Assembly: GCA_015680685.1 (NCBI GenBank)
Contig: MNCI01000424.1
Span: 219,813 to 283,812 of the forward strand
DNA from: Gnetum montanum
Lineage: Eukaryota; Plantae; Gnetophyta
DNA length: 64,000 nucleotides
Reading direction: 5' to 3'
The notes under the pieces were generated by a model that had not been told where the DNA came from, ran no database searches, and saw only the letters and a list, made by a program, of their open reading frames with translations. This document shows positions 52,701 through 61,533 of the stretch, in pieces. How positions within the stretch are numbered: the stretch's first letter is position 1; every line of letters starts with the position of its first letter. Made by a program: the position numbers and the translations under genes.

Positions 52701-55700
52701 AATAAGGAAAAAAAATGTTTGTTGCCTAAACTCACTTGAGTTTTAGATTACTATCCATAGGTCCAAGCTAGAATACACAAGCGTAATATTTTTTAATTAT
52801 ATGAAATGGCTTATCTTCTTATTTTATGAGAATTGTGCTGTCTTAAAGCACAACATGATATTTATATGAAATGGCTTATCTTCTTATTTTATGAGAATTG
52901 TGCTGTATAAATATCATGTTGTACTTTAAGACATGCTCACTTGATTCTATGGTATGTTCCTATCTTATTTGGAATGAAGGAAACAGAACATTGTTTAATG
53001 TGTTGATAGGGCATATTTATATATGAATGCAATATGTTATACAAAAATAAATCAATAAAGTATATAGTATATAACGTACATGAAAAAATACGTAGCCATA
53101 TATCTTCCGATCTTCCCCAATAAATCGCTCCAAGTATTCTGGATTGAAGGCCAGCTGTTTTACTTTAGAACTATTTTTACTCATTTCTTCTGGGGTACTT
53201 ACTGCATTTCACATATAACAATCATTGTGCCTTAAGTAAATATTGGGTACAATATATATCAAACATTTAGAATAAAACAGAAAAAACACCAACACGATGC
53301 ATCAATGATCAAAATAAGAACAAAAGCCATACTTAGCATGAATTCATTTCTGTAGGAAAACCTACTTATGAAGGAAACATGGGAAAGACCAATAAAATTA
53401 CTAAAAACAACAAATAATATACTTTTCTGTATACCGCTACAAATCTGTAGAAATAATAACCCTTTTAAAAGAGAATAATGCTTAGCATTACATATGTATG
53501 ATAGAGGCTAAAGTTAATCAAGACGATACTGTGAAATACAGGCAGTGCATGGAAGTTGTAAATTATTACCAAGAAGAACAGCGTTTATATGACATAGGCT
53601 AAATAAAACATTATAAATAACACATGCTATAATGAAAATTGCAACAACTACATACCAAGATATAGTTTGATGCTTTCCTGTGCATCAATACCAGCATCTA
53701 CAAAAAAGAACAATTTCTGTTAAATTCTTTAAAGTTTGTGTATGCACATCTTGTTCGTATGCCGCATTATACTCTTCCAAAACAATAACAGTGACAGAAA
53801 CAACAATAAGAATAAGATAAGTAACAATAAATAACAAAAAATCAAATATTGTCAAATAAAAATTTTGCAGTAGAAGAAATAGAAACCAAAAAATGACTGC
53901 ATTGCTGAGTTTTACCTCTAAATCATAGAATGGAAGCAACAATCTCTTTATGCAACATGATGAGCAATAACCCATCAAAAAATTAAAAAATAAAAATAAG
54001 AACTGCTAATATAAGGCTACACACACCTAGCAGTCTTATATAGACTTGTTAGCATAGGAACTCTGCATTAGAGTGCCAATCAAGGTATTTGAGGTTACCA
54101 CAACTACCATATGGCTTCAATAACATCATCATTAAGTATCAAAACTGCAGATATCAAACATGCAACTATCAGTATTTAGTTTACAATCACATATGAACTA
54201 TGTTGATGGTTCTGCGCAAGATAGCAGTTGTGGACATACGTTTTATGTCAGAAGGTATTTCATGTAATCTAACAATATTAATTATAAAAACATAAAGGAG
54301 AACACCATCTAAAAATAATAAGAATGGCAAACAGTAGCAGAATATGACAACAGTAAATAAAATCAATACACACATAATCATCTACAAAATTAGCATTTAA
54401 ATTAGAGACACTTTCCCAGCACAACCTGCTACCAGAAGCGTCAAACCTCTCTGCTGAATTCAAAAAGAGATTAACAGATTATGTTGAAACAAGGAATTAC
54501 ATCTTTCAAATAGACTTATTTTTCATCATCTCTTAACATTAAAGCATTAAAATCAAAGTTTCTTTAGTGTGGTCAAACAGTGATTTACAATATGAAATGA
54601 GAATGAGAATTTTGCAAGAAGACAACCTAACTGACATCTAATCAAGCCCCAACTGTGGATGTGTTCTTCCACATGATAGTAATCTACTTGCTATTAGGTA
54701 AAATGCTGCCTACCCGGTTAGTAAAGCCTTATCTATGCAATGCAGTCTTATCTTGTTACCAAGGATCTATGTTTTTATGTTATACAAGGATCATTACCCA
54801 AAGGCTCAATCCTCATCCTGCCAAGCAGGTCCTGGAAGGGTCAGTAAATGAGCAATGGCCTAACATCTTTTCGAGTAGCTAAATACAAGCTTGAACACAA
54901 GTCAAAAATAAAATCAAATTAAAAATGAAAAAACACCTTCATGATTTCTTGTGATTTCAAGGTATGCCTTTTCACCATTTGATCTTAACATCATCTTTAA
55001 ATTTTAATTTTAAAAAAAAAGCAATGTATACTTTGTAATCATGTAGTGGATGTTGATATTCTCATTAAAAACAAAAAATGCAATCATCAATTGGCTATGG
55101 TTGTCCATTGTTGCTTTAAACAATAATAATTTATCTGGAAATAAACAAATGTCCTTCTAAGCTGTCAATGATAGGTGGCTCAAGTGGTTAGCTCATTGTC
55201 TTGTTAGGCAATAGACTGCCAATCCAAGTCACACTTAAAGCATTGTTACATTTCTCTGGAATTTTTCTAATGTATCCTATTGGCTATATGTCTTGGGGTG
55301 TACCTATAGTCAAATTATTTTGGGTTCCAAGACCCCACCCTTTAAAAAAATGTTCTTCTAAGCACATTTGCCCATCCAATAATGTTAGTGCATGTACAAA
55401 GGTGGACAGTTTTTTCCCTTTCCCCAAATAATGAATAAGCTTACTAGTCAAATTGCTAGCCATGTGCGTAACTAAGGATTGAACTTGTAACATCATGAGT
55501 TCTCCTCCACACCACCCCCCAGCCCCTAAGACAAAACATATGACCAGAATCTCCTATGGTGAAACATAACATTGCTTTTCATTTCATTTATGATATACCA
55601 AGTCATTTTTCTTTTGATGCTTCTTATCCTCCATTTTTTTGGTTTGTTTGAAACTTTCAGAAAGGCTTACCTTCTTGGAACCAACATCTTCTTCTTCTTC

Positions 55701-56647
55701 TTCTTCTTATTTTTGATTCTAACACACCTAAAATTTCTATAGTTCCTATCATCATTCATTGCTTCCTGTGCATTTTTTTATTCTAGCACGATCTACTTAA
55801 TCTTTAAATTACATTGCCAATCTATTGATTCCTGACAGCTATTCTTCTCTTTGTATGATCAGATATTCCCTTTGCTAGCCTCCCGAATATACATGGGGAC
55901 AAAAACAACCGAGTGTTTATTTCAACGCCAAGCAAGCGAATTTTAATAGCAGGAACCTGGACAAATCAAACAACAGATGTCACCATATTTACTAGCTCAT
56001 TTTCGGAAACGTAAAGTATGGAAAACATCATTTTTAGCACCTGTGTTTAGCAGTCTTTTATGCATGGTAGTTTAAACCTAACTGGAATTACAGGTCTTAT
56101 TTTGCGTCTCTATGCATAGGATTCAAAGTTAACACTTTATAGGGGGCCACAAGTCCGCTGCAGGCTCCTACACTTCGACTAAGATAATAATATGTTGATT
56201 TGTGCCATTTTGTGTTATTGATCATTTTCATATTTGTTCTTTAAGTAGTTGAAAACATCAAACCTGGATCAAATCTTGACAAAGGGTAACAGTATCTAAA
56301 GTTGCCGAAAGACATGAAAGCAAGTTTTACCAAAAAGTCTATCCTCCCTTGAGCAAACTAAAAGCAAGCTACAACCACCGTGCAAAAGGCCACCATTTCG
56401 GACAAATAGCTATTCTAACAACTACACAAGTAATTCCATAGCAAACTCACTAGATTCCCAGTAAAAATTAGTCCTTCATGGCAAATAGACGAATAAGAGT
56501 GAAGCAAATACATTTTTTTGTGAGCATTGATAAACATAAAATGGATAGAACAAAATTACGGATCTAACCGGAAGAGAATGTGACTTTTCTGCGCTTGGGC
56601 TGCGATCCTGCAGTGGCAGTCCTCACGGAGACTGCTCCTGGATCCAT
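28177..56647 (-). CDS. HAG2: Histone acetyltransferase type B catalytic subunit (HAT1/HAG2, GNAT), 10 coding exons
   Basis: The spliced product follows plant HAG2 collinearly: [70 protein letters not shown] (acetyl-CoA motif A), VEEPSE, KINKKQF, IAEKVS. All introns are GT-AG with matching phases. Confidence 0.93.
28982..29142 (-). CDS. HAG2: HAT1 exon 9
   Basis: GAEPIDLSDPRWEVY...[17 protein letters not shown] donor. Confidence 0.93.
29247..29328 (-). CDS. HAG2: HAT1 exon 8
   Basis: [27 protein letters not shown]; phases 0/1. Confidence 0.92.
29459..29573 (-). CDS. HAG2: HAT1 exon 7
   Basis: NLILKEGKLI...DSAEE; phases 2/0. Confidence 0.82.
29669..29745 (-). CDS. HAG2: HAT1 exon 6
   Basis: KMFGNALIEDRDTFINGL...; phases 0/2. 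Confidence 0.88.
29829..29873 (-). CDS. HAG2: HAT1 exon 5
   Basis: ALNDGRATDLKELVK; GTAAGT donor. Confidence 0.9.
29961..30029 (-). CDS. HAG2: HAT1 exon 4
   Basis: IDIWVNALSFHAHADIQFEKNSK; CAG/GT boundaries, phases 0/0. Confidence 0.92.
30890..37989 (+). mobile_element. Near full-length decayed L1-clade LINE in HAT1 intron 3
   Basis: ORF1 remnant (FIFQSQEDKDKVL); ORF2 start MKILS*NCKG at 32884; EN motifs; RT LKFDIAKAYD and QGNPLSPYLF; zf-RVT PKKIKMFAWLL..DHLIFTC; tail TAATATAATCCCCC..TTCAAAAAAAAA. Confidence 0.9.
35240..36347. mobile_element. ~1.1 kb insertion in the L1, probable solo LTR
   Basis: Interrupts L1 ORF2 between RT and zf-RVT; ends GGGTAACA; contains two local tandem duplications (about 35298-35385 and 36109-36240). 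TSD not clean. Confidence 0.5.
38089..43356 (-). mobile_element. Three-LTR tandem non-autonomous LTR retroelement (LTR-I-LTR-I-LTR)
   Basis: LTRs 38089-39610, 39995-41501, 41902-43356 (TGTTGATG...CATCAACA consensus); internals 39611-39994 and 41502-41901, each with PBS and PPT; perfect 5-bp TSD AAAAT at 38084 and 43357. Confidence 0.93.
39968..39988 (-). promoter_or_regulatory. tRNA-Asn primer-binding site (second copy 41878-41895)
   Basis: TGGCGCTAGAAGGAGGGCTTG is complementary to the plant tRNA-Asn 3' end (..AGCCCTCCTTCTAGCGCCA, from memory). Confidence 0.82.
43830..44616 (+). mobile_element. Ty1/copia fragment (RT C-terminus, RNase H, PPT)
   Basis: LYRKLGGPLINLTMTRSDIS, SACSEILSLRALL, TKCIEVDNHFI, QLADIFTK, then PPT TTGAAGGGGA. 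Confidence 0.88.
46684..46714 (+). repeat. (AG)n microsatellite
   Basis: About 15 AG units. Confidence 0.95.
49083..50393 (-). mobile_element. 5'-truncated poly(A)-tailed retroposed insert (L1-type tail) encoding a coiled coil + J-domain
   Basis: GC-rich island in AT-rich DNA; - strand tail TAATATACCTCC..GAAAAAAAAAA; imperfect TSD ATGTCCATGA (49073) / ATGTCATGA (50394). Confidence 0.75.
49351..49791 (-). pseudogene. ORF remnant with C-terminal DnaJ/J-domain (about 49411-49608)
   Basis: LYIIMNI..T.....L.....R.....HLD and FKKFQEA.........R...D keep the J-domain spacing within each block. Confidence 0.7.
50628..51024 (+). repeat. ~190-bp tandem duplication with a nested ~25-bp duplication
   Basis: TACACACCC, CCTTTTAGGAAGTTTA, CAAGCCAAA and ATGAGTAATAACAAG blocks are repeated. 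Confidence 0.8.
51380..52605 (+). mobile_element. Decayed L1 3' fragment
   Basis: HLLDWDTVCHP**SGGL motif, zf-RVT remnant near 52100, tail shared with 14900-14997 and an A-rich end. Confidence 0.7.
53092..53201 (-). CDS. HAG2: HAT1 exon 3 (VSTPEEM...EDRKIYGY; alternative donor ends the exon at 53080)
   Basis: TGCAG acceptor; conserved KIYGY; two possible phase-0 donors. Confidence 0.85.
53656..53697 (-). CDS. HAG2: HAT1 exon 2 ([14 protein letters not shown])
   Basis: TTTTGTAG acceptor, GTATGT donor, phases 1/1. Confidence 0.88.
56569..56647 (-). CDS. HAG2: HAT1 exon 1 (MDPGAV...[10 protein letters not shown])
   Basis: ATG in a CpG-rich region; NLS-like PKRRKV; phase-1 GT donor. Confidence 0.85.
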
Positions 56648-57548
56648 TGCTGATTGTAGTTGTGACCGTCTGCGCAACCTCTCCAATCTGCGCAGTCACA
56701 ATTACGCGGCAAAACCCGCAGGTTTAAGTTTTTGTCGTCCAAGATTGTTCGTTCGTTATCGCACTGGCAACTTCCAACAAATCACTCCGTCTGTGAAAGA
56801 AATACACTCATATAGGTTACATATTATACAAGGAAGCATGGTTTTGTCTTTTTATGCAGAAGTAAATTGAAGTTCATAGTTTAGGGACTTTTGAAGTTAT
56901 GTTAATGAAGTGTTAGTCTAGTGTTAAGATTCTTGATTTGAAAACTCTGATTATAAATTAATATTATATTTATTTTAGAATTCTTTATTATCATTTGATC
57001 TTTCTTATTTTCCTCATCATCTTTTTGGTTGAGCAAAAAAAGATAAACATTAAACAAATGTCTTTCAAGATGACTAAAATTACAAAAATTGGGAAGATTA
57101 TAATATGCAATTGGTTGAATGTCAGTCTTTCCACCTCCTAATTGGAATAACAATTTTTTTTTATGATTAAGAATATTTATTTCAACAATAGAAAAAAAAG
57201 TCTATAAGAATCAAATGGTGTGGAAATAAAATCCATATGCTTAATGGAACCAAGAAGACTAACAATTTAATACTTAGTTATATGAAAATTAAATGAAACA
57301 TTAGATATCTTAACAAAACATGGAACCTTAGAATATTCTTCAAATTAGGATCAAGACTTGATGTCCATTTACGATATGTTCAACACTACATGCTTATGTA
57401 TAAATGACCCTGCATCTAAGACACACTACACTATCAAAACATCACCTAACTCAACAAGCAAAAAAAAAACCTAGCATTAATGACTTGAATGTTGTGTTTT
57501 TTCATCCCATTATTTAATTGCAAAGCCAAACTTCAATTATAGGGTAGG

Positions 57549-58429
57549 TGATGGGACGCGATATTGCATGGGTTGCGATATCGCGGTCCGTCACCATATC
57601 TATAAATAAGAGGTGGCTCTCCCTTGTTTCCTCATCCTAGGCTAGAAGTAGGGAAACTCTGGCAGATTGATCACTCCAGAGATAGAATATTTTCCATGTG
57701 CCCGTAGTAGGAGTCCTAAAGTGAACNNNNNNNNNNNNNNNNNNNNNNNNNNNNNNNNNNNNNNNNNNNNNNNNNNNNNNNNNNNNNNNNNNNNNNNNNN
57801 NNNNNNNNNNNNNNNNNNNNNNNNNNNNNNNNNNNNNNNNNNNNNNNNNNNNNNNNNNNNNNNNNNNNNNNNNNNNNNNNNNNNNNNNNNNNNNNNNNNN
57901 NNNNNNNNNNNNNNNNNNNNNNNNNNNNNNNNNNNNNNNNNNNNNNNNNNNNNNNNNNNNNNNNNNNNNNNNNNNNNCACTTAGGCTAAATTAGCTTTAT
58001 CAACCCTTTTCTCCTAGTTAAGTGCCTCAGTACGACCACTTCAAGCACGTGCGTTACACGTGGTGATCCCAGCAATGATTAGCATTTGGTAGCCACAGTT
58101 GCATCGGTTCAGGGTGTGTATGATAAGTGGGAATGGATGCTGACGCTAGGTAATTTAGACTTAGTTCATTAGTTAGAATTAGTAATTATTTTCTCAACCC
58201 TTCACCTCAATAGCATAAAAGATAAAACATAAAAACTATAAAAATCATATACCTCGGACTTACTTAACCATACACCGTGACAATTACAAGTAAGTCTAGG
58301 AAGACAACGAATGATTAACCCTAAGTGTTCCATGGGGCATGTAGGCACTTAGTCTACAGAGTTTGACCAGACCGCGCGTGCTACGCTCATTTCGTATGGT
58401 TGAGTGTAGGGGTACCCCACCACTCATCA
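57549..58429 (+). mobile_element. Solo LTR (or gap-collapsed element) of the Athila/Tat-like family
   Basis: TGATG...CATCA termini, perfect TSD GTAGG (57544, 58430), TATA box at about 57601; both ends match LTR pieces at 1-35 and 7284-7588. Confidence 0.9.
57727..57977. other. Assembly gap (N run)
   Basis: Run of N. Confidence 1.
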
Positions 58430-58972
58430 GTAGGTAACCCAAAATTTGAATGAACATCTATCATGATGTAAGAATAACAACCAATGACTCATATGCATTA
58501 TCAAGAAGAACAAAATTAGGCATCTTATTTACATAAATATTAATATAAGAAGGTGTCACAAAATTCTACTTATTAGTTAATAAATCTACATTATGAAAAT
58601 CAACAAAACTTTTAGCATTGATAGAAGAAGTAGAAAGTTTAGCATTAGTAGAAGAACTTGGGAGAAATTTAGAATCTTTGATGGAGGAATGGTAATTATG
58701 AAGAAATCAAATCTATTGGTGAATCCCTAGAGATATACATAACTTCAAACACTTAACTTGCTAAACGAAACCTTCAATTAGGTTCTCAATTCAAGAATTA
58801 ATGCATGCAATTTAATTAATCAATTTAGATATTGCATATGCTTCATAGTTTAACTCGTAAGTTTATGGTTTTATATAAACAAATTGTAAGTGTATGTTTT
58901 GCTTGAGTAATTTTTATTATGATTTCTTATGTTTTTCCAAATTATTATGTTGGGTATATGGCCAATGAGCAC

Positions 58973-59128
58973 AATGAGATGTTATCCTAGTGGTAAGATT
59001 CTTGATTTGAAAGCTCCATGTCATGGGTTTAATTCTAGTGGGGAATGCTGAGTTATAAAGTTCTAATTGGACAATATTTTTGGGGGTATACCTATATTAC
59101 AATTACCTTGGGGTTCCAACACCTCCTC
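58973..59128 (+). mobile_element. tRNA-derived SINE copy
   Basis: TCCTAGTGG A-box-like and GGTTTAATT B-box-like motifs; collinear with the reverse complement of 8631-8769. Confidence 0.65.
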
Positions 59129-60540
59129 CAAAGTTTTTGCTTCAACATTGCTAAGTTTGTATAAATGTTAATTTGGTTGGAACATGTCTTCAATTGAAGT
59201 TTGGCCATAATAAGAACACATCGATGCAAGGTTATTGTTCATGGTATGGACTTGGTCTAAACTTGGATGGATGGTATGCTGATCATTTTAAACACATTTT
59301 TCACAAGAACCTATTGTGGACATGGTCAAGTACCTTACATCCCAATCTCTACAATCCCTTCTCATCCCATTATTCACATCACTACTGCATGCGATTATGA
59401 GCCTTTTGGATTTGTGTAGTATAGTACAACATCTCAACCATGGTAGTTGTGTGTTATTTGGAAAAAAGGCATGATCTACATTTAACTTCTTGGGTGCCCA
59501 CAGACATTTATAGAAGTATTTATGCAAGGGCATTATGGTAAGAGCCTGCTTTGGAAAGGATCCACTTACATAACTTTTGTTAATCATGACTTTGAACTAA
59601 CCTTCACATCTTCTAGAACATCAATGACAGTTTCTTTCCATTTATGCATAATTTTGGAACTAATTCTCATCACTTTCAATTACCTTTTTACCTTTTCCTA
59701 CTTTTATGTTAAAATATCCTTCAAGTTCAATATCTCTTAACCTTTGGTTTCAATTGTTTAAAAACTTGTGTGCTTTCAGAGTTACGCTTATTAATCATGG
59801 GGGCTAGGAATGTCCGCTTCAAAATTTTGAAATTTTTCTAACATCCTACTTTCGAGCATCATGGTAACTAATAGTAATTGATTAAAATAATGTGAACAAC
59901 TTGATGATTTTACTTACCTCATAGCCTTGCGCATAGCATCCTATCATCACCTTGTGCTTAAATGAAAACTAAGGGATCTGAAAAGGGTTAATTATTAAGG
60001 AAAATTTACCAAAACTAATGTTGATCCTTTGGTGACTACAAGTGATGCTAAAAGAAATGCCTAAGGAAGAAGGTCTTTTGCTAGGCATGGAAATGAAGCC
60101 AAGAGAGGAACAACAAAGGATATGCCCATGGACAAATCATAGCACATATAGGAATGCAACTCAAACATCACATGTTTACTAGATCCATGGGATGATGAGA
60201 AGAGATTTCAGTCCATCTTTCAAGAATGTTGCACATAACCAGAGAAGCATTGACATAACAATCTAGGTTAGAAGTTTGCCACTATTAGTGGTAATAAGAA
60301 GAATCCTCTTTATTAGATTCTTAAAGACCTCTGCAAAATTGTAATCTTCAAAGCCTATTCAGTCTTTTTGTCACTCTGTCATTTTGTATGCATCCACTAG
60401 AATAAAATTTTGTAATGCGATACTCTGAGTCAATCAGTAATTAGCATAAGTCAATAATTCCATACCTTTTCAATTTTGTAAAGAAAGCTCGATCCTATCC
60501 TGTTAACTTGAGGATGAATTTTTATTCAGTCATGGGGGTA

Positions 60541-61533
60541 TGATGAGTCATCAATTGGCTAGGTTATTTGATAAAAAATCAACTTTTTGGTTGGCTTTGA
60601 TATCTTAGCTCTAATGTCCTAACCACGATATCAAGGCTCCAATAACTAGGCCTTGTCGATGAGGCTCAGTTGACGCATCGTATCATGCGTTGATGAGGCC
60701 CTGTTGATGTGACCCTATTGATGCATCATATCACATGTCAACAATGCCTTGTCGACACAACCTAGCATAAAATCTATAAATACATGCTTACAGCTGTGTT
60801 TATGCAATTCTTTGGTCAACAGAGTAGCCGAACTCTTGTAGTTTTATTCTGTAATCTTATAGAATAGTCAATGAGCACCTGTAATGTAGATCTGAGTTAG
60901 TTGTACGACATCTTATTTAAATGGCAATGTACCTGGACACATTTCATGAAGAACAATAAGATCAAGATTGATTCTTATTCATTGCAGCACTTTGACTTAG
61001 ATTAAATTTACTTTTAATGCAATTTATATTCTATGTACTTAGTTAATATTTATGTTTCCATGCATGTTAATGAATTGGTGGAATGAGCATAACTAGTTTC
61101 AAGTGTAAACATGTATTCACTTGGTAATCCTAGTAGTGTTATTGTTTGGTTAGCCCAGTAGCATAACACTTGGTAATCCCAGTTGTGGATACATGGGTTC
61201 AAGACATGCACGACAAGCTAAGGACAGACATTCATCACCTGTAGGCTAGTTTAAAATTTACTTTCCATTGTTCATTAGTTTAAACAAATGATTTCTTTAT
61301 TACCATTAGGAGCAGCATAAGGCAAAAACAACATCAAGAATCATATGGCTCACTCTGGACTAAATCATACATGACAAAGCTACCACTAGTCCAAGTGAAA
61401 AGATAGGGAACTACGATCAAGGCATAACAATCTAAATGCCACAACTAGTCCCATCTACGGGATTCAATGAGATCATGCATGAATGCTTGTGATTCGTATG
61501 GTTGGGGCGTAGGGGGTACCTCGCTTCTCATCA
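60541..61533 (+). repeat. LTR (probably a 3' LTR) of a related gypsy subfamily
   Basis: TGATGAG...CTCATCA termini; preceded by CTTGAGGA..GGGGG (PPT-like); TATAAATA near 60775; end resembles 58393-58429. Confidence 0.7.

Noticed and set aside
52736-52767. Candidate HAT1 microexon with GTGAGT donor containing NLK
   Set aside because: 32 nt, so it would shift the frame between phase-0 exons 3 and 4.
55170-55240. tRNA gene (TGGCTCAAGTGG A-box)
   Set aside because: No cloverleaf or good B-box; at most a degenerate SINE head.
57642-57984. ORFs of X residues
   Set aside because: Artefacts of the N gap.
59170-59720. hAT-like transposase remnant on the - strand
   Set aside because: Only vague motif resemblance; no TIR or TSD found.
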